Source: a virus. Taken from it: 64,000 bases of DNA. The translations under genes and the position numbers were made by a program. The DNA is taken from positions 32,001 through 96,000 of the IMG/VR virus record IMGVR_UViG_3300006737_000017; one strand, 5' to 3'. The notes below the pieces were generated by a model. The model ran no database searches. It was not told the DNA's origin and saw nothing but the letters and a program-made list of their open reading frames with translations. Every line of letters begins with the position of its first letter. Within the stretch, counting starts at the first letter, position 1. Below, piece by piece: positions 36,739-45,670 of this stretch.

Positions 36739-38049
36739 ATGAATAAATTTAATGAAGACGGTAAAATGATTTACCACCACCCATGGAGGTTTCTCCAACA
36801 CTTTGTAGAAGATATGAAAGGTACAACTTCTACGTTAAAGAAAAAAGAAATAATCGAAAGGTACTCTGAAAATGAGTTTGTACTTAAATGTCTTAGATAT
36901 ACCCTCGACCCTTTCAAGATGTATTATGTTACTAGTAAAAATTGCAAGAAGCTTTCTAGTTACAAATCGCACGATGGCTATGAAGATGTATTTCAAATGC
37001 TTGATGATTTAGATAATAGAGTTATAACTGGTCACGAAGCAATATCTCAAGTAAATGGTTTCTGCGAAGGAACAGAAGACTTTGTTAAAGAATTAGTTTA
37101 TTCTATCATAGACAAGAATCTTCAAATCAGAGCTAATGCTAAATTGATAAACAAAGTAATTCCCGGATTGATTCCTACATTCGAGTTAGCTCTTGCTAAT
37201 TCCTATGATCCTAAACATGTAAACTTAGAAGAAGATACTTGGTTAACCTCTAGAAAATTAGATGGTGTTAGATGTATTGCTATCTGCGATTCTAATGGCG
37301 AAGTTAAATTACACTCTAGGGCCGGTAAGGAATTTGACACTTTAGCTAAAGTTAAAAGAGATTTGAAATTTGCAATGAGACCTAATACTGTATGGGACGG
37401 TGAGATTTGTATTTTAGATAAAGATGGTAACGAATCCTTCCAAGGTATTATGAAAGAGATACGTAGAAAAGATCACACAATACCCAATCCAACGTTCTTA
37501 GTTTTCGATTACTTAACTCTTAACGAATTTAATACCGGGACAAGCACTAGAACGTTATCAGAAAGAAATGATGTAGTTTTAGATATGGATCACGTACATT
37601 CTTTACAAATGGAAAAAGTTACTAGTATCGAACAGATTCAATCGCTAGCTGATGAAGCTGACGCTTTAGGTCACGAAGGTATTATGATTCGTAAAGATTG
37701 CGAATACAAAGGTAAGCGTTCTAATGATATTCTTAAAGTAAAGAAAATGCACGATGAAGAATACGAGATAGTCGGTTATGATTTTGCTGAACACAGAGTT
37801 ATCGATAATGGTAAAGAAGTAAAAGAAAGAATGCTATCTCAAATATACATTGAGCACAAAGGAAACAGAGTTGGAGTTGGATCTGGCTTCTCTAAAGAAC
37901 AAAGAAGATACTATACTAAAAACTTCGATGAGCTTACAGGAAAGACTGCTACTATACAGTACTTTGAAGAAACCTTAAACGAGGATGGACTATACTCTTT
38001 AAGATTCCCAGTTGTAAAGCACATATACAACAACGGTAGAAATTGTTAA
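36739..38049 (+). CDS. ATP-dependent DNA ligase
   Basis: KLDGVR, SR.GK, WDGEI, VFD, EGIMIR, LKVK, VGSGF, LRFP. Confidence 0.95.
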   Translation: MNKFNEDGKMIYHHPWRFLQHFVEDMKGTTSTLKKKEIIERYSENEFVLKCLRYTLDPFKMYYVTSKNCKKLSSYKSHDGYEDVFQMLDDLDNRVITGHEAISQVNGFCEGTEDFVKELVYSIIDKNLQIRANAKLINKVIPGLIPTFELALANSYDPKHVNLEEDTWLTSRKLDGVRCIAICDSNGEVKLHSRAGKEFDTLAKVKRDLKFAMRPNTVWDGEICILDKDGNESFQGIMKEIRRKDHTIPNPTFLVFDYLTLNEFNTGTSTRTLSERNDVVLDMDHVHSLQMEKVTSIEQIQSLADEADALGHEGIMIRKDCEYKGKRSNDILKVKKMHDEEYEIVGYDFAEHRVIDNGKEVKERMLSQIYIEHKGNRVGVGSGFSKEQRRYYTKNFDELTGKTATIQYFEETLNEDGLYSLRFPVVKHIYNNGRNC

Positions 38050-38109
38050 TAACTTTTTCAAAATAGTTCCCAAAAAATTTCGATAAGTCGATTTTTTTGA
38101 TTATATTTA
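38044..38109 (+). promoter_or_regulatory. TGTTAATAAC box plus an early-type promoter (TTTCGATAAGTC variant)
   Basis: Box at 38044; promoter at 38078. Confidence 0.7.
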
Positions 38110-38134
38110 TATATAAATACTTAACTAATAATAA

Positions 38135-38614
38135 ATGACAAATAAGAAAATTTTATACATTGATATGGACGGAGTCCTTTGTGACTTCGATAGCAAGGCG
38201 GCTATGACCCCTAAACATGTCAAAGACAAATATGGTGATAATCTTCACCGAGTTCCTGGGTTCTATAGAGACCTCAACCCTCTGCCAGGAGCAATTAAAG
38301 CTTACAAAGAATTATGCAAACATTACGATGTTTACATTGCTTCAACACCAAGTTGGAGTAATCCTTCATGCTGGATAGATAAGAGACTTTGGGTTCAACA
38401 ATATCTTGGACAAGATGCTTATAAGAAACTTATCCTAACAAGTAACAAGGGTTTACTTAAAGGATGTGACGATGACGGGTTTCCTTATATTCTAATCGAT
38501 GACAATGTTTGGAACGGGGTTGAAGATTTCACAGGAAATCACATACACTTCGGAACTGATGTTAATGCTATGAACTGGGACGATGTCCTTAAATTACTTT
38601 TACCAAATGTTTAG
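38135..38614 (+). CDS. 5'(3')-deoxyribonucleotidase (NT5C, HAD)
   Basis: IDMDGVLCDF, P.PGA, K..WV, LIDD. Confidence 0.9.
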   Translation: MTNKKILYIDMDGVLCDFDSKAAMTPKHVKDKYGDNLHRVPGFYRDLNPLPGAIKAYKELCKHYDVYIASTPSWSNPSCWIDKRLWVQQYLGQDAYKKLILTSNKGLLKGCDDDGFPYILIDDNVWNGVEDFTGNHIHFGTDVNAMNWDDVLKLLLPNV

Positions 38615-39122
38615 ATCCTGGACTACAGAAGAAATATTATTATTAGACCAAGCTGTTAAGAATCACTTAACTACTGAAGATATTTATGAGCTTGCTAAAT
38701 TGATTGACAGATCTTATCAAGCAACTAGAAAGAAGATTCTAGAGATTGCTAACATCATTCCATCTAGTCGATTGGTTACTGTATTAAGAAGAAATGAGCA
38801 ATTAACTTATAATGAAACCTCAGACTTTCCCAAAGATATAGACCATAGTTATATACCACCGGTTATCTTTAATGACGTTCTTAAAATGCGTAAGAAGAAG
38901 CTCAAGCCTGGTGACAAAGTATTGCTAAGAACTATAGAGCATATCAAAGGAATGACCGAGTTTGAAACAGATGGTGCATTTGATTATGCTGACAAGATTC
39001 TTACAGTTGGCTTAGTTTCTGGTAAATCTTTTTATGCTATAGAAGATGAAAAGGATTATCCAATAAGGTTCCATTTGGACTTGGTAAAAGATATTTATTA
39101 TAAATGCACAGAGACAATATAG
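38607..39122 (+). CDS. Hypothetical protein with an N-terminal Myb/HTH-like segment
   Basis: WTTEE..LL....IDRS..A. Confidence 0.5.
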   Translation: MFRSWTTEEILLLDQAVKNHLTTEDIYELAKLIDRSYQATRKKILEIANIIPSSRLVTVLRRNEQLTYNETSDFPKDIDHSYIPPVIFNDVLKMRKKKLKPGDKVLLRTIEHIKGMTEFETDGAFDYADKILTVGLVSGKSFYAIEDEKDYPIRFHLDLVKDIYYKCTETI

Positions 39123-39364
39123 ACATATCACGTATGATTGAAATTTTCAATAAGATAGCACTTGATGAAGGGTTCAAAATGATTGTGAATGAAATTGATC
39201 CTTTACAGTTTTTTAGCTCAAAGGAAAAGTTTTTTAAGATGATAGATCATTTGATAGAGCATTATATAGAAACAGAAGAATATGAGAAATGCTCTATACT
39301 ACTACAAGTTAAAAAGGATCATGGCTATATAGACCCAGAGGTAGAAAAGGTTTTTTCAAAATAG
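39104..39364 (+). CDS. UVR-motif-like protein
   Basis: YIETEEYEKCSILL. Confidence 0.55.
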   Translation: MHRDNIDISRMIEIFNKIALDEGFKMIVNEIDPLQFFSSKEKFFKMIDHLIEHYIETEEYEKCSILLQVKKDHGYIDPEVEKVFSK

Positions 39365-39375
39365 TTCTCTAAAAA

Positions 39376-39407
39376 TTTGGATATGTCGAAAATTTTAATT
39401 ATATTAG
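39376..39407 (+). promoter_or_regulatory. Early-type promoter
   Basis: TTTGGATATGTC-N-TATATTAG. Confidence 0.7.
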
Positions 39408-39569
39408 CATATAATTTATTATTTAATAATAACTCATACACTAACATAATTAAATAAAAACAATTTATTTATTATTATATAATTCAAAGAATTACACACC
39501 CACAAGGTGTATTAAAAAAGGGATAAGCCGAAACCCTAAATAGTAGGCAATATTAAATATTTTTACAAC

Positions 39570-39932
39570 ATGCAAAAGCATAATAGAAAATTTCGTAGAG
39601 GAGGTCCTGGTAATCAACTTCCAATTAAACACAATCAAAAGAAACCATTCGAGCCAGGTAGATATGGTAAAAATTGGGGATCAATTAAAGTGGAACTAGC
39701 TAAGGGCAATAAAGCAATTAACCCTATAGCTCCTGCAACTCAACCTATTATAGGTACACTATGTATAGGAAATATGCAAGTAGACATTACTTTCTCTGAA
39801 GCTAATAGAATTATTGAAGAGCTTCACGATGCAAAGAATAGATACAACGTTGCAAATAGATTAGGTATGTTAGATGCTAAGTCTGGTACACCTGATTCAA
39901 TTAGATTAACCCAAAGCTCTAGAAGCTATTAA
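39570..39932 (+). CDS. Hypothetical protein
   Basis: ORF with a long structured leader. Confidence 0.6.
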   Translation: MQKHNRKFRRGGPGNQLPIKHNQKKPFEPGRYGKNWGSIKVELAKGNKAINPIAPATQPIIGTLCIGNMQVDITFSEANRIIEELHDAKNRYNVANRLGMLDAKSGTPDSIRLTQSSRSY

Positions 39933-39950
39933 AAGAAAGGAGTTACAAAA

Positions 39951-40190
39951 ATGACAGTAGAATTATTAACATTTGCATTAGGTTTATTATTAGGTGGTAT
40001 ATTAATGTTCATCTATCTTTGGAGACAAGGTAAAGGTTTGAAAGAATTATTAGCTGATAAAATGATTGCTAATAAATTATTGAAAGATCAAATTACTGGT
40101 AGCGGTAGACCTAATAAATCTTGGAACAATAAGTCTAAGAAAAGATATTACAATGGCAAAAAGAAAAAAACAACAAGTACAAACTCTTAA
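39951..40190 (+). CDS. Small membrane-anchored basic protein
   Basis: N-terminal TM; AGGAG SD. Confidence 0.6.
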   Translation: MTVELLTFALGLLLGGILMFIYLWRQGKGLKELLADKMIANKLLKDQITGSGRPNKSWNNKSKKRYYNGKKKKTTSTNS

Positions 40191-40494
40191 TACTGATATT
40201 CAGAAAACTGTTTTAGATATATTAAATTCTGTTGACAATGTAGATCCTAAAGATATTTCTAAAGTAACTGTTGAAAAGTTTGATAAGATACTTTCCTTAA
40301 TTTCAGCAAACATTAAAATGTCCGCTGGTAATAGAAACTTTGATCAGAATGAATTTAGAATAGATAAGTCTACAGTTTTTAATTATAAGATGAAATATTC
40401 AACAACTGGAAATATTAGTAAAGAGGATATACAATCGTTAAATTTGTTTTATCAGAAACATAAAAATTTAACAAAAATCTTACTTGCTATTTGA
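40153..40494 (+). CDS. Hypothetical protein
   Basis: ORF track. Confidence 0.55.
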   Translation: MAKRKKQQVQTLNTDIQKTVLDILNSVDNVDPKDISKVTVEKFDKILSLISANIKMSAGNRNFDQNEFRIDKSTVFNYKMKYSTTGNISKEDIQSLNLFYQKHKNLTKILLAI

Positions 40495-40504
40495 TATTTA
40501 TAAT

Positions 40505-40730
40505 TGAATCGCTATTACTTATATTAGCTGCATTTATGGACCCGGGTTCGATTCCCGGCATCTCCACTAAAAGATTTACACGATATGGGGATGACTGGCT
40601 TTGACAGAATGATAAGGGTATAAGGAAGATTCACTGCAACAACTGGCACACAAGTTGAAATGGCGATGGCTGCCTAATTAGGCCCCCTGACCCAACGGTT
40701 GAAGAAGCATACCGTCTAAGCTTCGGAGGT
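40505..40730 (+). ncRNA. ssrA: Circularly permuted (two-piece) tmRNA; tag (A)GTQVEMAMAA
   Basis: Acceptor piece with T arm CCGGG-TTCGATT-CCCGG and CATCTCC-A (to 40566) precedes the 5' piece GGGGATGACTGGCTTTGAC (from 40587); G3-U70 pair; tag ORF 40645-40677. Confidence 0.9.
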
Positions 40731-40761
40731 AAGAGGATAATTAAATAAAAGGAGTAACAAT

Positions 40762-41145
40762 ATGACACCAGAAGAATACGGCAAAGTAGAAGAATTCATG
40801 GAAGGTTATATGTTAGATTTAACTTACGATATAGTAACTAAGAAGATTGCTTTATCTGAATTAGTTAATACTGACGAAGAAGTTATATTGAGTTACGACC
40901 CATTTGCAATAGGAGAAATAGATCAGGCTTGGTTATTACAAGACTTAATAGACTATTTTGTTACCACAGAAGAATATGAAAAATGTGCAAAACTATTGAA
41001 GATGAAAATACAAGTCGAAAAAGGTACGCTAGATTTATCTGATAGGATATATTTAACAGATGAAGATTTCTTGAATGAAGAACAAGATATGATTATTCAA
41101 TCCTTAATCGATGAATTATTAAAAAATAATTTTAACAAAAATTAG
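40762..41145 (+). CDS. UVR-motif-like acidic protein
   Basis: YFVTTEEYEKCAKLL. Confidence 0.55.
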   Translation: MTPEEYGKVEEFMEGYMLDLTYDIVTKKIALSELVNTDEEVILSYDPFAIGEIDQAWLLQDLIDYFVTTEEYEKCAKLLKMKIQVEKGTLDLSDRIYLTDEDFLNEEQDMIIQSLIDELLKNNFNKN

Positions 41146-41155
41146 GAGTTATATT

Positions 41156-41332
41156 ATGAATCAACTACTGAAAGAAAAAATTGAAACAAAGCTTGAAAGA
41201 GTAATTGCAATGGCAAAGAAACAAGATGATGTTATTCTAAAAAGAGGCGACGTTATCAATGATGTAAGAAGTACTTTACGTACAATTGAAAAAGAAATAG
41301 AAGAAGTAAAAAGTCTAATACAAATAGTATAA
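41156..41332 (+). CDS. Small coiled-coil protein (58 aa)
   Basis: AGGAG SD; stop overlaps the next ATG. Confidence 0.55.
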   Translation: MNQLLKEKIETKLERVIAMAKKQDDVILKRGDVINDVRSTLRTIEKEIEEVKSLIQIV

Positions 41333-42411
41333 TGAAGAAAAGACTCTTTCCTTTCTTAATAGGTTTATCAGCTCTATCAGTTTCTGGTAGTGCTGCATTC
41401 TATTCTGTGTTTGGATTGAGTAAACTATTTGCTGGAGCAAGTTTACAAGTTATAATAATGGCGGGTTCATTAGAATTTGCCAAACTAGTTACAGCATCAT
41501 TACTATATCAATATTGGGATACTATAAACAAATGGATGAGATTTTATTTATCTATTGCCGTATTCGTTCTTATGGTAATTACATCTGGTGGTATATACGG
41601 CTTCTTATCTGGAGCTTATCAAGAAACTGCAACAAAGTCGGAATTCTTAGACAAGTCCCTATTAGTATTACAAACAAAGCAAAGTCGATTCGAAGAACAA
41701 AAGGTAGATTTAGTTTTAGAAAAAGATCAATTGAATAAAACTATATCTGACTTAAGAACCTCATTATCTAATCCAGCATCAGTATCTTATTACTCTGAAG
41801 AAGCTGGACAAGTTATTACGACAACGTCTAGTTCTACAAGAAGAGCATTACAATCAGAACTAGCAACTACTATAGAAGATAGGAATGCTATAAACTTGAA
41901 AGTAGAAGCTGTGCAAGATTCTATAATGAGATTAGACACAGAACTATTAGAATTAGAAATAGGCAATGAAGAACAAAGAGAATTGGGGCCACTAAAATAT
42001 CTATCTGAACAAACTGGTAAAGATATGGGGCAAGTGGTTAATTGGTTCTTGTTACTAATTATATTTGTATTTGATCCATTAGCAATTGCATTAGTAATAG
42101 CTGCTAACTTTGCTTTTGCTCAAATTAAATCTAATAAAGTTACTAGTGAAGTAATAGAGGTTGAACCAACAATGTTTACAGGTGAAGTCACATGCTCAGT
42201 ACCACCTGGTCTAGAATATGACACGCCTTATACTCTAGATGAAATAAAAGAAAAATGGCAAGATGAACCAACTTTATACAAAGTCTATGGTGAAGATATA
42301 TTAGAAGACTTTGCAAAACTAAAAGCACAGTATAGAAAACAAGCAACTATACCCAATGCTGAATTTGAAAAACTAATTAATAAATACTATAAACATGGCA
42401 AAAAGAAATAA
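41332..42411 (+). CDS. Multi-TM membrane protein with a coiled coil
   Basis: Three N-terminal TMs, coiled coil, then TM with IFVFDPLA. Confidence 0.7.
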   Translation: MKKRLFPFLIGLSALSVSGSAAFYSVFGLSKLFAGASLQVIIMAGSLEFAKLVTASLLYQYWDTINKWMRFYLSIAVFVLMVITSGGIYGFLSGAYQETATKSEFLDKSLLVLQTKQSRFEEQKVDLVLEKDQLNKTISDLRTSLSNPASVSYYSEEAGQVITTTSSSTRRALQSELATTIEDRNAINLKVEAVQDSIMRLDTELLELEIGNEEQRELGPLKYLSEQTGKDMGQVVNWFLLLIIFVFDPLAIALVIAANFAFAQIKSNKVTSEVIEVEPTMFTGEVTCSVPPGLEYDTPYTLDEIKEKWQDEPTLYKVYGEDILEDFAKLKAQYRKQATIPNAEFEKLINKYYKHGKKK

Positions 42412-42934
42412 AAAAATAAAGGTTGTAAATAGAGAACAAGAATATATTGTTGAATATAGAAAGGGTACAAAATGGAACGAAAGACCTGATTGCACCTACA
42501 GATATATGTCTTGTAAATTATGCGGTCACATGACAGTAGTAGGAGAAGACGCTACAGCAGTTACTTGTCACCATTGTGTTAATGAAATGGTAGAAGGCCC
42601 ACAATTTTCAGCAAGAAGAATAAGCTCTGGTCGCCCAGCTGGTTGGCATTTTATGGCTGAGTACGTTGATAAAGATGGTAACGTATTTCACAAAGGTAAA
42701 GAGCAACCTAAATTAAAAGGTACAATAGAAGCTACTGTCATTGTAAAAAAACAAAAAATTTCAAAGACAGAAAAGAATACTATGATCAGAGAAGCTAACA
42801 CTAGAATTCACAAATTAAAGAAAGACCTTAAGAATGCAAAGCTCAAGAAAGAAATCAAAAGTCTTACAAGAGAAATAACTAGATTATCTAAAATTGCAAG
42901 AGGTAAAATACCAAGGTCAAAAAGATTTAAGTAA
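42395..42934 (+). CDS. Basic zinc-finger protein
   Basis: CKLC...CHHC. Confidence 0.6.
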   Translation: MAKRNKKIKVVNREQEYIVEYRKGTKWNERPDCTYRYMSCKLCGHMTVVGEDATAVTCHHCVNEMVEGPQFSARRISSGRPAGWHFMAEYVDKDGNVFHKGKEQPKLKGTIEATVIVKKQKISKTEKNTMIREANTRIHKLKKDLKNAKLKKEIKSLTREITRLSKIARGKIPRSKRFK

Positions 42935-42938
42935 ATTA

Positions 42939-42970
42939 TTTGGATAAGTCGAAAAAATTTATTATATTGT
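42939..42970 (+). promoter_or_regulatory. Early-type promoter
   Basis: TTTGGATAAGTC-N-TATATTGT. Confidence 0.75.
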
Positions 42971-43006
42971 ATACTAATAGAAAACAAAACTTATTAGGAG
43001 ATTACA

Positions 43007-43228
43007 ATGGCAACGCACGACAAACTTATTTACTATAGAAGCGAATTTAGTAGAGAAGCAAAAAAGATAGAAATGGAAATTCCTCCGAATTTAACAATAG
43101 CAGAGTTTAAGATTGTATGTAGAAGATTAGCTTCTTCTTTGGGTTATGCACCTGAATCAGTAGCTAATGAATTTGGAAGAGATAAAGAAGTTGGAAATAA
43201 AAAACAATTAAAATTATTATTTGACTAA
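43007..43228 (+). CDS. Hypothetical protein
   Basis: AGGAG SD. Confidence 0.6.
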   Translation: MATHDKLIYYRSEFSREAKKIEMEIPPNLTIAEFKIVCRRLASSLGYAPESVANEFGRDKEVGNKKQLKLLFD

Positions 43229-43230
43229 AT

Positions 43231-43815
43231 ATGAAAAATTCAATTAAATTTTTTCTATGGATAGCTGTTATATTTTTATCGAGTATATTCGTTATTATTA
43301 CAATGGTATCTTATGAAAAGCAAATAGAAGATTTGCAAAATGAAAACGGCTCTTTAGATTATGCATTAAAATTTCAAAAAGAACAGTGTCAATATCACGT
43401 TCAAGAATTAATGCTTAAAATAGATTCTTTAGAAAAAGAGCTTATTTTTTATGAACCAAAAACTATTGGTGAAACTATAGATGAAATCTTAAATGCCATA
43501 ATTAGAGTAGAGTCTAGCAACAACGATTCAGCATACAATGTAAAAGAAGATGCAGTTGGATGTTTACAAATTAGACAAACTATGGTAGACGACGTTAACC
43601 GAATCTTAAGAAGAAATGGTTATGATAAAAGATATTCATACAATGATAGATGGGATAGAAAAAAATCTATAGAGATGTTTGATATCTTTTGTAATTACTA
43701 TGGTTTAACTACTGCAGAAGAAATGGCAAGGTGCTGGAACGGTGGACCAAGAGGAATTGATAATCCAGCAACATTAGGTTACTGGGATAAAGTACAAATG
43801 GAGATGAACTCATGA
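43231..43815 (+). CDS. Membrane-anchored lysozyme-like protein (i-type/destabilase-like or lytic transglycosylase)
   Basis: TM, coiled coil, AIIRVES, GCLQI, ARCWNGGP. Confidence 0.75.
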   Translation: MKNSIKFFLWIAVIFLSSIFVIITMVSYEKQIEDLQNENGSLDYALKFQKEQCQYHVQELMLKIDSLEKELIFYEPKTIGETIDEILNAIIRVESSNNDSAYNVKEDAVGCLQIRQTMVDDVNRILRRNGYDKRYSYNDRWDRKKSIEMFDIFCNYYGLTTAEEMARCWNGGPRGIDNPATLGYWDKVQMEMNS

Positions 43816-44558
43816 ATTTAGATGAAAGTAAAATATTAGAAAATTGGAATGATTTATTAAAAGTCATTAATGATAATTTTGATGGTGAAAGAAAAAAGAA
43901 TCTTAAAGCAATGTACAATAAGTTAGCTGAAAGAATGATGTTAGCTCCTGCTTCTGGTATTATACACTATCACAATTGTTTTGCTGGTGGATACGTTGAT
44001 CATGTTCTAAGAGTTATAGAGTGTGCAAAAAGACTGTCTAATCAATGGGATGAAATGGGAGCAGACAAAAATTATACAGACGAAGAATTAATTTTTTCTG
44101 CATTGAACCACGACTTAGGTAAAGTTGGAGATATGGAAAAAGACTATTATATTCCTAACCCAAGTGAATGGCATAGAAAGAATCAAGGCAAGCTTTACAA
44201 ATTTAACCCTGACTTAGATTACATGTCAGTACCAGATAGATCTTTATTTTTATTAGCACAGAATGGAATTTCATACACATACAATGAAGCAATGGGTATT
44301 AGATTGCACGATGGTTTATATGACGATTCTAATGTTCAATATCTAAAAACTTTTAATACAGACAAAGAAATTAAAAGTAATCTACCTACAATACTTCACC
44401 ATGCAGATCATATGGCTTCTAGGATTGAACATGATAATTATGTAAAGTCTGCTGGTAATAATCTTAAGCCTCAACCAAAGAGAAGAAAAGCTTCTCCTAA
44501 ACTAAATGGTGCATCAGATTCAGCAAACGACTTATTCAAAGATTTTTTTAAGGAGTAA
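43812..44558 (+). CDS. HD-domain phosphohydrolase
   Basis: APAS...H..F.GG..DH, NHDLGK, LHDG, HHAD. Confidence 0.85.
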   Translation: MNLDESKILENWNDLLKVINDNFDGERKKNLKAMYNKLAERMMLAPASGIIHYHNCFAGGYVDHVLRVIECAKRLSNQWDEMGADKNYTDEELIFSALNHDLGKVGDMEKDYYIPNPSEWHRKNQGKLYKFNPDLDYMSVPDRSLFLLAQNGISYTYNEAMGIRLHDGLYDDSNVQYLKTFNTDKEIKSNLPTILHHADHMASRIEHDNYVKSAGNNLKPQPKRRKASPKLNGASDSANDLFKDFFKE

Positions 44559-44561
44559 TAA

Positions 44562-44828
44562 ATGATATTAGAAATTATATTAATTAGTTTATTAATGTTG
44601 TCTATCTTTATAATTTATAGACAAGACCAAACTATAAAAAAGCAAATAGACTATATAGATTCTATAGAGACAAAGTTAATTAATAACTTTGAAATTATTA
44701 AAAGTTCTTTTATACGTATGAAAGAAATAGATCAAAAGGGCGGCTTTGAAAGTGACGACGAAGTAGGCCAAGTATTTACTAACATTAAAGAAGTCATAGA
44801 AGATTTAGAGAAAGAAGTAAATGGATAA
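44562..44828 (+). CDS. Membrane-anchored coiled-coil protein
   Basis: N-terminal TM. Confidence 0.6.
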   Translation: MILEIILISLLMLSIFIIYRQDQTIKKQIDYIDSIETKLINNFEIIKSSFIRMKEIDQKGGFESDDEVGQVFTNIKEVIEDLEKEVNG

Positions 44829-45567
44829 TTTAAGCCCAGTAGATTTATTCTACAAAGAACTAGAAAAACCTAAAGAAGTTAAATTAACTAGAAGAGGTAG
44901 ACCTAGAAAAACTAAGATGTATTTTACACAAGTAACAGAAGATGCTATTATAGCATACAACCAAGAGTCTGATGTAAGAAAAAGAAACAAGGTTTGGAAT
45001 GATCATATTAATGGTGCAATATTCAAATTAGCAGAAAACATAATTAACAGGTTTAAGTTTATGTACATGGATGGTGGTATTGTAGAAGTTAAATCTGAAG
45101 TTGTTTCTTTCCTATTAACAAAGCTGCCTAAATATACTTCTGATAAAGGTAAAGCTTTTTCTTACTTTTCAATAGTAGCAAAAAATTATTTAATACAAAA
45201 TAACAATAAAAATTATAAAAGATTGATAAATAAAGCTGGTGTTAATCATATAGATTGGCAAAGAAATATAGGTAATGAAATGCATTTGTCTAAAACGCAT
45301 GATGGTATATTAGACTTTATGACTCAATTTATAGAATGGTATGAAGAAAAAATAGATCAAAAGTTTAGATTAGATAGGGACAAAGCTATTGCTTATGCAG
45401 TAATGGAATTATTTAAGAAAAGAGACAACATAGAAACTTATAATAAAAAAGCTCTTTATATTCTCATAAGAGAGATGACTGGAGCTAAAACACAGTATAT
45501 AACCAAAGTAGTAAAGCAGATAAAAAAAGAGTATGAAACTCTCTACTTAAAATACCAAACCAGATAG
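44821..45567 (+). CDS. Phage sigma-like factor (T4 gp55-like late sigma)
   Basis: KLAENIINRF, then K...KGKAFSYFSIVAKN (sigma region 2-like); lies upstream of the structural block. Confidence 0.65.
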   Translation: MDNLSPVDLFYKELEKPKEVKLTRRGRPRKTKMYFTQVTEDAIIAYNQESDVRKRNKVWNDHINGAIFKLAENIINRFKFMYMDGGIVEVKSEVVSFLLTKLPKYTSDKGKAFSYFSIVAKNYLIQNNNKNYKRLINKAGVNHIDWQRNIGNEMHLSKTHDGILDFMTQFIEWYEEKIDQKFRLDRDKAIAYAVMELFKKRDNIETYNKKALYILIREMTGAKTQYITKVVKQIKKEYETLYLKYQTR

Positions 45568-45670
45568 TTATAATAAAGAAAAAGGTTATATAAAAGGTTT
45601 CTAAAAAAGGTTATGGTATTGAACTCCGAAAGCATGTTAATTTTATTAAGAAAATAACAAGGAGAATTAT

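Noticed and set aside
40538-40568. Apparent tRNA fragment or attP site
   Set aside because: Better explained as the acceptor piece of a permuted tmRNA; the matching 5' piece and tag ORF follow, and no integrase is seen
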